Of a stretch of DNA of 27,742 nt, positions 17,288-25,667 are shown piece by piece; position 1 is the first letter of the stretch; the number at the start of each line of letters is the position of its first letter. The DNA comes from a virus. The stretch lies in UHGV virus genome UHGV-0038079. The stretch is one strand, 5' to 3'. Made by a program: the position numbers and the translations under genes. The notes under the pieces were generated by a model. That model was not told the DNA's origin. It ran no database searches and saw only the letters and a program-made list of their open reading frames with translations.

Positions 17288-18605
17288 TCTCGATATCCTC
17301 GTCGGTAATAGATGCCCCGATGCCGGTGACATCAGAGTTTTCGCGTAGGTCGGTCATTGCCGCCTTACGCGTCATCAATCCGTCGCCCAGCGCGGTGCTG
17401 ATCGCGGTGGTGGTATTTACGGCCACCGTTGAGCGGTCAACGTCAGACATTTGCCAGAGCGGGTTAAACTCAAACGTGAAATCGTCCGGCAGCGGCTTGC
17501 CAAGCTCCGAACGATGCATGATGTCCAGTATCCGACGCATCGGCAGCCGTAAGCGGCGTTCCTGCAACGAGCTCACCCGGTCGTAATAGTTGGCGAGGTC
17601 TGCGTCACCGGTAGAGAAGCCTTTCGGGGACTGCCCGAAAAGGCGCACCAGCGGGATACCAACGGCACCGCTTATCTGCTCAGCGAACTGCGAAAGAATG
17701 TCATCCAGACCACTGAAGCTGTACTGGTGGGTTTCGAACTTATCCCGCGAGTCCATGAGCGTCATGCCTTCATTGCTCTGGAACTGGCGGATCAGGTCGA
17801 TGTTCTTCAGCAACGCTTCGAACGCTGGGCCACCAAGCGCGATAATCTCGCGCAGCTTCTCCACGCTGTAGGTGCGCAGATGCGCTTTGTAGACCAGCTG
17901 AGCCGCGCCGAGAGTGGCGCTGTCGAACGCAGTAAGCCGATCCCAGATTCGCTCTACAACCGACATTCCCCATTCGTTTTCGGTCATCTTCTGCTGGAAT
18001 GGCAGCGTCACCCCGTCGAAGCGAATAAGGCGGCTGTGATGGATGCGCCAGGCTGGAATGCCCGTGGCAGTGGTCACCACATCGTAAAACTCAGGTTTGC
18101 CGAGATCCGGCCCCATATCTTTAATGCGGCGGGTCAGCACCGGGTTAATCATCCAGCGGTCGAGTGGGAGAACGCCCTTAAACTTGCCTTCTCCAATGGT
18201 TTCGAGCCTCAGCGGGGTCATTGGTGCCTGCCCCTCAATCATGATGAAACCCACCGCGCCGCCGTAGAGACGCGACCATTTCAGCACGTCGTTCAGCGCA
18301 TCCCAGATTTGCAACTCATCCAGTTGTGATTCGAGAATGCCGCGATCTTTTGCATCAATTTCCGAAGTGATGCGAATGCCTTTGCGGGTCATATCATCCG
18401 GGATAGCATCGACCGCTTCGCCGATGATCCAGGACGAACGATAGGACCATTCCACCAGCATGCGGTTGCGACTGGTGAAGTTAGCCCGGTAGGTCGATGC
18501 TGAGTGCTGGTTAGGCGTCTGCATTCCCACGCGGGCGACAAAGTTCTCATAGCCATCAGCGGTGGCCTGCGCAGTTCTCCGCAGGGCTTGTTTGTTTCGT
18601 GCCAT
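17139..18605 (-). CDS. Portal protein, 488 aa
   Basis: Large protein immediately downstream of terminase large subunit; start overlaps the TerL stop. Confidence 0.7.
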   Translation of the reverse strand: MARNKQALRRTAQATADGYENFVARVGMQTPNQHSASTYRANFTSRNRMLVEWSYRSSWIIGEAVDAIPDDMTRKGIRITSEIDAKDRGILESQLDELQIWDALNDVLKWSRLYGGAVGFIMIEGQAPMTPLRLETIGEGKFKGVLPLDRWMINPVLTRRIKDMGPDLGKPEFYDVVTTATGIPAWRIHHSRLIRFDGVTLPFQQKMTENEWGMSVVERIWDRLTAFDSATLGAAQLVYKAHLRTYSVEKLREIIALGGPAFEALLKNIDLIRQFQSNEGMTLMDSRDKFETHQYSFSGLDDILSQFAEQISGAVGIPLVRLFGQSPKGFSTGDADLANYYDRVSSLQERRLRLPMRRILDIMHRSELGKPLPDDFTFEFNPLWQMSDVDRSTVAVNTTTAISTALGDGLMTRKAAMTDLRENSDVTGIGASITDEDIENAEDEAPPGIGELDDKPPEPPGGDPISNEPTADSAGGRGHRKWSLRWFK

Positions 18606-20227
18606 CAGGCCTGTCTCCCTAGCAGCTCCCAGATGTTCAGGGCTGAATTCATTGGCGCGTAGCTGATCATCACCGAGTCGGCAAGGTTTGGCGACCGGGT
18701 TCCATCAGGCTGTTTATCAATAACGATTTTTCCCACACCATTAATGGAATAGGTCGGCTGCGAAAGCTCGATGATGAGTTTATCTTTGAGTGCCATGCCA
18801 CTGCTGATTGAGATGATTTCGTCCGGGTTGTAAGCCATACCTTCAATCACGGCGCGCCAGGTATTCTGAAAAAGTTTACGTAACCGCCACCAGCTCTGGG
18901 CTTTGGCGTTAGCGAAGAAGTCCTTGTTCAGACGTGCGGCTTGCCCGTTGTCACCGCGCACCGCTTCGTCGTCCGGATCAAACACCGCGCCGCTACCGCG
19001 AAACGGTGTAGCGAGTATTGACGGTCGACGCGCAGCGTTACGCTGTTCGTTGATAGCGCGTGCATCGCCGCGAACGCCAGCGCCCAGCCCGTCCTCATCA
19101 AAGCGAAACTCTTCGAGGTTGTCCTGTTCGCAAAAACCGAAGACCTTCTCGACGGACTGATAAATGTCGCTGCCCACACCGGACCATTCCCGCACATTCT
19201 CCAGGAGGAAGCCATGACGGGTGGAAAAGGCATTTTTGTCCCTGCCTTCGTCGGCGACATCCATCGCGCCAAGTCGTTTGCCTGTTGGCTGGATCCCCAG
19301 TTTGATATGTGCATCAACGGCAGCCTGTACCCATTCGGATGGAATCAGGACGCCTTCCGCTGATGCGCTGTAGTTCAGGTCAAGTTCCTGTGCCACCACC
19401 ACCGGATTATCGATTTTCTCGCATTCCCTGCGATACCACTCTTCATCCTTGCGAGGATCATCCCGCCAGTGGAATGTGAATACCGGTATCTTCCCGCCAT
19501 GACGCTTCTGAGCGAACGGGTTCGCCATGCCGTTAACTGAACTCAGGTCGATACGGCAACGCGTCGTTTGTGACAACGCCGCATCAATCAGCAAAGGACG
19601 CTGAAGGAATGCAGCCTCATCAACCAGATAAAGCGTGGTACGGTCACCACGACCAATATTATCGCCAGCCTCGCCTTTGATAACGGCACCAGTTTCAGGA
19701 AACTCAACACGCATATATGGCGCGTGCTTCTTCTCGCTCCACGAACCGCGAAACTCTACAGGTAGCGTTTCCACGAACTTGCGCGCCTTCCAGAACAACG
19801 CTTTCGGGTCACCAGTGCTGTCGACGTATTCCTCTTTACGGGAGCCGAAACCGATAACCATTTCTTTGTTGAAGAGACAAAGCGAGCAGGCCAGTCCGAT
19901 CGCGGTCCAACTGAGCCCCATTTCACGGGATTTTTCGGTAATACCATTCTCCCGATTACCCCAGCGTTCCATAATCCAGTGGATCCACTCCTCCTGCTTA
20001 GGGAAGAGTAAAAACGGAATGGTCACCGGCAGGCCATAATCAATATTACGCGGGTCCGTTGTCATGCCCCAGTCGATGATGAACTGAGCCGGGTTGGTCC
20101 GGTAAAACTGCTTCAATACGGGCAATATTTCAGGATTCTGGCGAATGCGCTGTAGGCGTTCCATCCGCCATTCAAAAACTATCTGGTAATCAGGATGTTT
20201 AAAATCGAAGGGGAATGGTAACGGCAT
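18605..20227 (-). CDS. Terminase large subunit, 540 aa
   Basis: Size and position after the small subunit; ATPase-type N-terminal region and nuclease-type C-terminal region. Confidence 0.85.
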   Translation of the reverse strand: MPLPFPFDFKHPDYQIVFEWRMERLQRIRQNPEILPVLKQFYRTNPAQFIIDWGMTTDPRNIDYGLPVTIPFLLFPKQEEWIHWIMERWGNRENGITEKSREMGLSWTAIGLACSLCLFNKEMVIGFGSRKEEYVDSTGDPKALFWKARKFVETLPVEFRGSWSEKKHAPYMRVEFPETGAVIKGEAGDNIGRGDRTTLYLVDEAAFLQRPLLIDAALSQTTRCRIDLSSVNGMANPFAQKRHGGKIPVFTFHWRDDPRKDEEWYRRECEKIDNPVVVAQELDLNYSASAEGVLIPSEWVQAAVDAHIKLGIQPTGKRLGAMDVADEGRDKNAFSTRHGFLLENVREWSGVGSDIYQSVEKVFGFCEQDNLEEFRFDEDGLGAGVRGDARAINEQRNAARRPSILATPFRGSGAVFDPDDEAVRGDNGQAARLNKDFFANAKAQSWWRLRKLFQNTWRAVIEGMAYNPDEIISISSGMALKDKLIIELSQPTYSINGVGKIVIDKQPDGTRSPNLADSVMISYAPMNSALNIWELLGRQA

Positions 20228-20229
20228 AC

Positions 20230-20781
20230 TTAGCCCATCATTTTTCTATACGCCTCTGCAGCCTGCTCCGGAGTTAAGTTGGTAATTTCTGTTCTGACTG
20301 GTCCTCCATCAGCGCCAGTCACTTCATTTTTGACGTTGTCTTTAAACGCCTGAACAGAAACATGACGCCCAAGCAACTCAAGGTTTTTAACCTTATCAGG
20401 CCATTTGATTTTCTTCAGGAGTGCGGCGCTATCTGCGGATGCCATCTCCACGACATCCATTCCCGATAACGTTGTGCGCCATACCTTAGGCCAGTCTTTA
20501 ATGGGTTTTAGCTCACCGTTTTGCAGGAGAATGTCAAGCACATCCATCTGGTCGATTTCAATAAGGCGATTAAGTACATATTCTGCATTAATACCAACAA
20601 GATCATTGCGTTGTGCTTTCAGTTCGGCGATTCTTAACTTGATGTCAGGTTTTGACAGGTTTTCGGATGCGGTACGGTTAGCTGTCTTTGCGCTGTACCC
20701 CGCCCGAATAGCCGCTTGCGTGGCGTTTAAATCGATGAGGTACTCGCGACAGAACATTTCTTGCTTGTCGGTGAGTGCCAT
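20230..20781 (-). CDS. Terminase small subunit, 183 aa
   Basis: N-terminus [30 protein letters not shown] is a typical small-terminase DNA-binding motif. Confidence 0.8.
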   Translation of the reverse strand: MALTDKQEMFCREYLIDLNATQAAIRAGYSAKTANRTASENLSKPDIKLRIAELKAQRNDLVGINAEYVLNRLIEIDQMDVLDILLQNGELKPIKDWPKVWRTTLSGMDVVEMASADSAALLKKIKWPDKVKNLELLGRHVSVQAFKDNVKNEVTGADGGPVRTEITNLTPEQAAEAYRKMMG

Positions 20782-20803
20782 AAATTACCTTTAAGGATTT
20801 CAC

Positions 20804-21022
20804 ATGAGTGATGAATACAAACAGAAAATCGGCATTCCAGATGACCATACACTGGAGCTTGTCTCTTCTAACTGGAAAGGAGCTCGAAAAGGTCAGGATA
20901 CCGATGAATACCTTTACCGTGAGTTGGACACTGCGGGAAATGTAGTGGCCACTTATGAAATTAAAGATTCAACTTCTATATATCCACCATTCGGAAGATC
21001 TATCTCTTATAAGAAGGTCTAA
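20804..21022 (+). CDS. Hypothetical protein, 72 aa, divergent from the terminase operon
   Basis: SD AAGGA 7 nt upstream of ATG 20804; plus-strand gene embedded in a minus-strand operon; no family recognised. Confidence 0.5.
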   Translation: MSDEYKQKIGIPDDHTLELVSSNWKGARKGQDTDEYLYRELDTAGNVVATYEIKDSTSIYPPFGRSISYKKV

Positions 21023-21355
21023 GCAACCAGCTGACCAGCATGGCATTTCCGATTGAACATTTACACGTCCAGGATAATGCCATGTCTATTCCACAGTTCT
21101 ATCGTCACCTACCGATATTGGCGTGAACTACACGCACTTGACATCAGCAGGAGCGAAGTACGCCCCCTCCCGTCTAGGTCGCCAGCGGCACAAAGCCATT
21201 AACCAGCTCAGGCTGACGTCGTGACATCTTGCCCGTTTACTCGCCGCCGTCGTTCGTATTCAGTTTGATGATGTAGATGTCGGACATTGAGATCCTCTTT
21301 ATCCGCTTGTGGGGATATCAGTTAAGTTATCCCGTGTAGGGTATAAGCCATTATC

Positions 21356-21381
21356 AAAGCCATTCTGCAAGGAATGGCTTT
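21356..21381. terminator. Strong 10-bp stem hairpin, possible weak or bidirectional terminator
   Basis: AAAGCCATTC-TGCAAG-GAATGGCTTT; flanked by only short T stretches. Confidence 0.4.
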
Positions 21382-21411
21382 TGTGATGGCAATAAAAACA
21401 GCCGCAGGAGG

Positions 21412-21660
21412 TTAGATTAAGTCTTCACGTTTTACATATTCATCGATGTGATAAAGATGCATAAACTTTTCATCATGCCCACCAAATATCTGTGTTATCG
21501 ATTCGTCATCCCGGCCTTCAACAATTAAATGCTTTTCATGTGTTCCCGGCATAAATAACGCCCTTACAACATGTTCTAAGTGGTGTTTGAACTGTATGTG
21601 AAGCTCTCTTTCATCCTCAAAAGGAATATTTTCGGTAAGTTCAAAATAACGAAATGCCAT
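21412..21660 (-). CDS. Hypothetical His- and acid-rich protein, 82 aa
   Basis: SD GGGAGG 6 nt upstream of ATG 21660; own promoter-like region with palindromes; 9 His in 82 residues. Confidence 0.55.
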   Translation of the reverse strand: MAFRYFELTENIPFEDERELHIQFKHHLEHVVRALFMPGTHEKHLIVEGRDDESITQIFGGHDEKFMHLYHIDEYVKREDLI

Positions 21661-21686
21661 ATCTACCTCCCGTATAATGAGAGCTC

Positions 21687-21715
21687 ATCATTAATGAATT
21701 TTCTTGTCATGACAA
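21687..21715 (-). promoter_or_regulatory. Predicted promoter of the 82-aa gene with overlapping palindromic operator-like sites
   Basis: Minus-strand -35 TTGTCA, 17-bp spacer, -10 AATGAT; perfect 12-bp palindrome TTGTCATGACAA (plus 21704..21715) over the -35; near-palindrome TAATGAGAGCTCATCATTA (plus 21673..21691) over the -10/start region. Confidence 0.35.
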
Positions 21716-21911
21716 TGACAAATTATTTCAGGTTCCATTAGATATAGCTTTGTAATGAACAGGCACTTATCTCAACGCAGCCCCTTACCGCGCGCCAGAT
21801 GCTCAACTTCAAGCATCAGCAATGAGATGTTTAATCTGGATTCACTCCAGAAGTAATCACCACCCTGTCTACAGAGCCAGATGTGAAGAATGATGAGTAA
21901 AATTATCGCTA

Positions 21912-22379
21912 TCATCGAAGGCATTGCATCCTGATGTATTCCTGAAGCGCTCTCAGTGCTGTTTGGTCGCGGATAATTCCGTCCCGGATACCGAGAACGT
22001 TTCGTCCAGCACTTGGAGAGAGTTCGACGGTGGCATCATTGCCCATGCCGGAGGCGCTGGAGGTTTCGGCTGAGGATGGCACAGGGGATTTTCCTTTGAC
22101 GAGCACCCTGCCACCATCATCAAGCTTGCGCCGAAGAGCATCATTTTCAGCTTTCGCATCAGCTAACTCCTTCGTGTATTTAGCATCGAGTGCATCAGCA
22201 TCACGCTGGCGCTGCTGCATGTCAGTAATGGTGGCGTTCGCCTTCTCCAGTTCACTGGCCTTGTTATCGCGCTGCTCTTTGTAGGCGATTGCGTTATCAC
22301 GGTAATGATTAACAGCCCATGACAGGCAGACGATGATGCAGATAACCAGAGCGGAGATAATCGCGGTTACTCTGTTCAT
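21912..22379 (-). CDS. Rz: Rz i-spanin
   Basis: N-terminal TM helix ([23 protein letters not shown]) then coiled-coil; ATG 22379 overlaps the endolysin stop (ATGA). Confidence 0.8.
   Translation of the reverse strand: MNRVTAIISALVICIIVCLSWAVNHYRDNAIAYKEQRDNKASELEKANATITDMQQRQRDADALDAKYTKELADAKAENDALRRKLDDGGRVLVKGKSPVPSSAETSSASGMGNDATVELSPSAGRNVLGIRDGIIRDQTALRALQEYIRMQCLR
21953..22159 (-). CDS. Rz1: Rz1 o-spanin, embedded in Rz in the +1 frame
   Basis: Lipoprotein signal with lipobox ([16 protein letters not shown]) followed by a proline-rich segment; entirely inside Rz. Confidence 0.75.
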   Translation of the reverse strand: MRKLKMMLFGASLMMVAGCSSKENPLCHPQPKPPAPPAWAMMPPSNSLQVLDETFSVSGTELSATKQH

Positions 22380-22873
22380 TGCTGACCCCACAAACAGATT
22401 TCACGCTCAATCTCACGACGAGTCATGAGACCTTTCCATTGCTTACCGCCAGCATATGTCCAGCGACGTAGCTGATCACATGCGCCTTTGATATCGCCCT
22501 GGTTTATTTTGCGAAGAAGCGTCGATGTTCTGAAATTGCCAGCACCCACGTTGTAAATGAATGAGTAAAGAGCGCCGCGCGTTGTTTCCGGTATATCGAC
22601 TTTGATGTACGGGTTAATTTGTCTGGCGACAGTGGCAAGATCTTTATTCAGGAGGGCTTTGCATTCTGCTTCGGTATACGTTTTACCGAGCATGATGTCT
22701 TTTCCGGTGTGTCCGTGACATACAGTCCATACGCCAACGATATCTTTGTATGGTATGTAGCTGACACCTTCCAGGCCATCGTCACCACTCGGACCAGTGA
22801 TGAGCACAGACGCTATGGCAACAGCCCCACCACCAATAGCAGCAGCAACAGCCTTGCGTAATGATGGCGACAT
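22376..22873 (-). CDS. R: SAR endolysin (phage 21 R-type lysozyme), 165 aa
   Basis: N-terminal signal-anchor-release segment [18 protein letters not shown] followed by a lysozyme domain; very close to the phage 21 R sequence as recalled. Confidence 0.9.
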   Translation of the reverse strand: MSPSLRKAVAAAIGGGAVAIASVLITGPSGDDGLEGVSYIPYKDIVGVWTVCHGHTGKDIMLGKTYTEAECKALLNKDLATVARQINPYIKVDIPETTRGALYSFIYNVGAGNFRTSTLLRKINQGDIKGACDQLRRWTYAGGKQWKGLMTRREIEREICLWGQQ

Positions 22874-23088
22874 TATTCACCTCTCGCAGCCTTACGCTTG
22901 TCTTCTCTGATTTTGAAATACAGATTTGTCAGATAAGTGAGAAAACCCAACACAAGGCTTCCAAGCACTCCAATCGCAGCCCACTGTGACGGACTGACCT
23001 GATCCAACCACTGCAAAAACCAGTATCCTGCACTACCAGCAGATGTTCCGTAGGCAATGCCAGTTGAGATTTTGTCCATTGATTTCAT
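22873..23088 (-). CDS. S: Class II pinholin (phage 21 S-type), 71 aa, dual start
   Basis: [30 protein letters not shown]... near-identical to S21 as recalled; Met1/Met4 dual-start motif; SD GGAGG. Confidence 0.9.
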   Translation of the reverse strand: MKSMDKISTGIAYGTSAGSAGYWFLQWLDQVSPSQWAAIGVLGSLVLGFLTYLTNLYFKIREDKRKAARGE

Positions 23089-23135
23089 AGCAACGCCTCC
23101 GCCAGTAACGGATTGCGTAGTTCTTATATTGGGAA

Positions 23136-23199
23136 GGGAGAAAAAGAAGGCCGTAGCATAACTATCACTGATGAGTTCAGGATAGCCAGTGGCTACGGC
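23136..23199 (-). other. Long hairpin followed by a T-rich run between the tRNAs and the holin gene
   Basis: GCCGTAGC ... GCTACGGC 8-bp arms around a 34-nt interior with an inner CACTG/CAGTG stem, then CTTCTTTTTCT on the minus strand. Confidence 0.3.
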
Positions 23200-23206
23200 T
23201 CAGTTT

Positions 23207-23282
23207 TGGTGCTGGTTAACGGACTTGACCCGCTACCAATTCGCTTACAAGGCGACCGCTCTACCATTGGAGCTAAACCAGC
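23207..23282 (-). tRNA. tRNA, anticodon UGU (Thr-like), 76 nt with encoded CCA
   Basis: Hand-folded cloverleaf: 7-bp acceptor stem GCTGGTT/AACCAGC, D arm GCTC-CAATGGTA-GAGC, anticodon loop CTTGTAA, discriminator A + CCA; T loop GTCAAGT has G at position 54 (non-canonical). Confidence 0.6.
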
Positions 23283-23287
23283 ATGTT

Positions 23288-23362
23288 TGGCGGGACAGCG
23301 TGGACTCGAACCACGATAAGAAGGTTAACAGCCTTCCGTAATGACCTTTATACGACTGACCC
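23288..23362 (-). tRNA. tRNA, anticodon GUU (Asn-like), 75 nt with encoded CCA
   Basis: Hand-folded cloverleaf: canonical T arm CGTGG-TTCGAGT-CCACG, anticodon arm GAAGG-CTGTTAA-CCTTC, acceptor GGGTCAG/CTGTCCC with one T:T mismatch, discriminator G + CCA. Confidence 0.6.
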
Positions 23363-23405
23363 AAATAAAAAAAAGCCACCGTTGCAACTTAAGAGTCACT
23401 AACGG
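23363..23405 (-). terminator. tR'-like terminator just downstream of the late promoter
   Basis: Minus-strand CCGTT...AACGG stem (with internal GTTGCAAC palindrome) followed by TGGC-TTTTTTTT; the loop is large, so strength is uncertain. Confidence 0.4.
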
Positions 23406-23419
23406 CAGCTTACCTTCTA

Positions 23420-23449
23420 ATTATGGCTAAATGGATAATTGCATGTCAA
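23420..23449 (-). promoter_or_regulatory. PR'-like late promoter (presumed Q target)
   Basis: Minus-strand perfect -35 TTGACA (plus 23444..23449, inside the last Q codons), 18-bp spacer, -10 CATAAT (plus 23420..23425). Confidence 0.5.
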
Positions 23450-23945
23450 GGCTTTTAACAGCAACATGCTTAACTTTCTCAACACGTTTACGCATTTTGA
23501 AAGCATTTTGCATTGGCTGGTACAAAACAAATAACGACGCTTTCAGGATGTCGTCAATTTCGTTTCTACAGGTTGCCAGTGAAGGTTTTCTCCATCCCTC
23601 GCCACCACGTCCACACATCTTGCGTGGCTTTGCAGTCGCGTGATAGTAGGATGCAATTGCTCGCTTAGATGAACCATGAGCGTAGTAGCTGAGGAGGATG
23701 CCAAAGGCTTTCTTGTCAATGTACATGACGGAATCGACGACCTGAGAAATCAACATTCCATCATCATCATTACACATTGGCCTTGTCATAACTCTTCCCG
23801 GCTCTACGCTCTCCATGAACTTCGCTATTACGCTGCTCATGCGCTTTTCCAGACGACCTGAATAAACCCATGCGCCCCACAGTTCAAGCCAGCCATTCAG
23901 CCACTCGTGCTGCTCTTTGGTGAGGTTTAGTTCTCTTATGCTCAT
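23427..23945 (-). CDS. Q: Late-gene antiterminator Q (phage 21/82-type family), 172 aa
   Basis: Position between ninH and the late promoter/lysis genes; motif WGAW...RPMCNDDDGMLI...LSYY as recalled for non-lambda Q families. Confidence 0.7.
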   Translation of the reverse strand: MSIRELNLTKEQHEWLNGWLELWGAWVYSGRLEKRMSSVIAKFMESVEPGRVMTRPMCNDDDGMLISQVVDSVMYIDKKAFGILLSYYAHGSSKRAIASYYHATAKPRKMCGRGGEGWRKPSLATCRNEIDDILKASLFVLYQPMQNAFKMRKRVEKVKHVAVKSLDMQLSI

Positions 23946-24130
23946 CGTCTTCCTCTCTTGCCCTGTTTGACCATCAGGACGCCGTTAACTATTACGTGAC
24001 GCTCGCCTTTGCTGTCTCGGTTGTACTTGAGCACTGTTCCTCTTGCACAGGAAAGCATCCTCGCCACTTCGGTCTGATTGCCTCGTGTCTGGATAAGAAG
24101 CTCTGGTATCGTTTGAATTGTGGCGTTCAT
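23942..24130 (-). CDS. ninH: NinH-like protein, 62 aa
   Basis: TIPELLIQTRGNQTEVARMLSCARGTVLKY matches lambda NinH as recalled (TIPDMLVETYGNQTEVARRLKCSRGTVRKY). Confidence 0.75.
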   Translation of the reverse strand: MNATIQTIPELLIQTRGNQTEVARMLSCARGTVLKYNRDSKGERHVIVNGVLMVKQGKRGRR

Positions 24131-24489
24131 ACGTTCTCCAGTTCGGTGATTTTTATTCCAAGCCTTCCGCCTGGTACTTTCACACCACGAATTACGCGAA
24201 TGTCATCGAATTGCTCGTCGTCTTCCGCAAATCCGGCGTGGATAAGGGAGTCGAGTAAACCTTTCAGGATGTTGTCGAGGTCGCGGCGGCGGGAGTCTGG
24301 AACGTCTGCGATGACTTTGATGCGGAGTCGTGATTTGGTGAAAATGTCTAACTTAAGTTGGCGGATGATTTGCTGAACGTCTTTTCGGTATTTCTGGCCT
24401 TTATCGCTTATGTAATATTGGCTTCCCCGTCTTCGCCAGTAGGTATTCACCGACGGCGGGTATGGAAGCACAAACTGATATTCGTTCAT
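24127..24489 (-). CDS. rusA: RusA Holliday-junction resolvase, 120 aa
   Basis: LPYPPSVN...DVPDSRRRDLDNILKGLLDSL...GGRLGIKITE matches RusA hallmark motifs. Confidence 0.85.
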   Translation of the reverse strand: MNEYQFVLPYPPSVNTYWRRRGSQYYISDKGQKYRKDVQQIIRQLKLDIFTKSRLRIKVIADVPDSRRRDLDNILKGLLDSLIHAGFAEDDEQFDDIRVIRGVKVPGGRLGIKITELENV

Positions 24490-24776
24490 GACTTAATCTT
24501 CCCCTCCTTCAGCAGTATCGCCTGCGTCCTGATTACGCCTTCGAGGTGGTAAAGTCTGGCGTCTTTGTTGTCGAGATTATGGGTGCGTCGGTCGATTTCA
24601 TCGTGGCAGTCACTACAAGCCCATGCGCCGATCAGGTCGTCAGGTTTCATTCCCGTTCCGCAAATTCCAGCCATCCGGTAATGTGCCAGAACTGTAGTTT
24701 CAGGATTACCATTGCATACGCCGTAAATACGTACCTGGCATTCTCTGCCGCGTGCTTCTTTGCGTAGGTTAGCCAT
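24486..24776 (-). CDS. YbcO-like putative nuclease (DUF1364), 96 aa
   Basis: MANLRKEARGRECQVRIYGVCNGNPETTVLAHYR...CSDCHDEIDRRTH closely resembles DLP12 YbcO as recalled. Confidence 0.75.
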   Translation of the reverse strand: MANLRKEARGRECQVRIYGVCNGNPETTVLAHYRMAGICGTGMKPDDLIGAWACSDCHDEIDRRTHNLDNKDARLYHLEGVIRTQAILLKEGKIKS

Positions 24777-25498
24777 TAAGCAGCCTCCCCGGTTACTTTC
24801 AGCATCCCGTTATCGAGCAGCTTTCTGGTCAGCCACTGTTGACCACGCCCGGTGATTTTTGTGGTGAACGATATCTGTATTCCGTGATTTGTGTTGACCG
24901 CTGTTTCTTTCACTGTGAAATAGCCGCGATCCATATATTCCTGCATTGGCACATTGCGCCGGGAACCTGAAGCAATTAGGATTTTGTGATCGCGCATCCA
25001 CGCAAACAGCTTGTTCGGACCAATACCGACAACCTTTGCAAAGTTTCCAATCAAAATTCCGCTGGCCTCGCCAACGCGATCGGCAAACTCAACTTTAGGT
25101 GCGGCAATTGCGAGCTGGTTTTCCAGTTGCATTTTCTGCTCAGCAAGATCAGCAGCAAGGCGCAACGCTTCCGGTAGCGTTTTGGGGATATTAACCGCAG
25201 CTTCTTCAAGCTCTCGCCAGCGGTCAACAAGGCGAGCGGTGAACTCTGGCGACAACTGAGCGACAACGACAATACTGTCTCGCTTACCTTGTTCGCCCTC
25301 GAAGACGTAATGCTCGTACTGAACATTGAACCCTAAGTTATTGATTCTTTCGGAAACCTCAATTTGAGGAAGCCGGATAACACCATTTTTAGCCAGCGTT
25401 TCGATGGTACGTTTCACATTGTCATGACGCTTACCCACCAACTCAGCGATTTCAATGCTTGTCATTTTGATGGCATTGCCATTTATTAACTCATTCAT
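24776..25498 (-). CDS. Antirepressor-like regulatory protein (Rha N-terminal domain + KilA-C/ANT C-terminal domain), 240 aa
   Basis: N-terminal SIEIAELVGKRHDNVKRTIETL (Rha-like), C-terminal ...GNFAKVVGIGPNKLFAWMRDHKIL (KilAC-like). Confidence 0.7.
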   Translation of the reverse strand: MNELINGNAIKMTSIEIAELVGKRHDNVKRTIETLAKNGVIRLPQIEVSERINNLGFNVQYEHYVFEGEQGKRDSIVVVAQLSPEFTARLVDRWRELEEAAVNIPKTLPEALRLAADLAEQKMQLENQLAIAAPKVEFADRVGEASGILIGNFAKVVGIGPNKLFAWMRDHKILIASGSRRNVPMQEYMDRGYFTVKETAVNTNHGIQISFTTKITGRGQQWLTRKLLDNGMLKVTGEAA

Positions 25499-25667
25499 CG
25501 TCTTCTTCCTCGTACATTGAGCTATTCGGATCGCTCATCAGTTCTGTACAGCACGCTTCACATACATGAACTTCCAGCACATGCAGCTTCTGACCGCAGT
25601 TAGCGCACGTTAAAGCCCGCTCGACGCTTTCTTTCTGGTATTGGAGGGATTGGGATGGGATAAGCAT
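25491..25667 (-). CDS. ninF: NinF-like protein, 58 aa
   Basis: [40 protein letters not shown] matches lambda NinF as recalled; start set at the internal Met of the track ORF. Confidence 0.75.
   Translation of the reverse strand: MLIPSQSLQYQKESVERALTCANCGQKLHVLEVHVCEACCTELMSDPNSSMYEEEDDE

Noticed and set aside
17727-18329. 200-aa plus-strand ORF (and similar plus-strand ORFs inside the terminase, portal and tail genes)
   Set aside because: Antisense to strongly supported minus-strand genes; no RBS and no recognisable motifs
21300-21330. GGGATATCAGTTAAGTTATCCC inverted repeat as a possible cos or pac site
   Set aside because: Packaging type cannot be inferred from sequence alone and the repeat is short; no supporting evidence
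22030-22284. 84-aa plus-strand ORF inside the Rz region
   Set aside because: Antisense to Rz/Rz1, which have canonical spanin features
23136-23199. Possible third tRNA next to the tRNA pair
   Set aside because: Only a single long hairpin can be drawn, not a cloverleaf; kept as a hairpin feature
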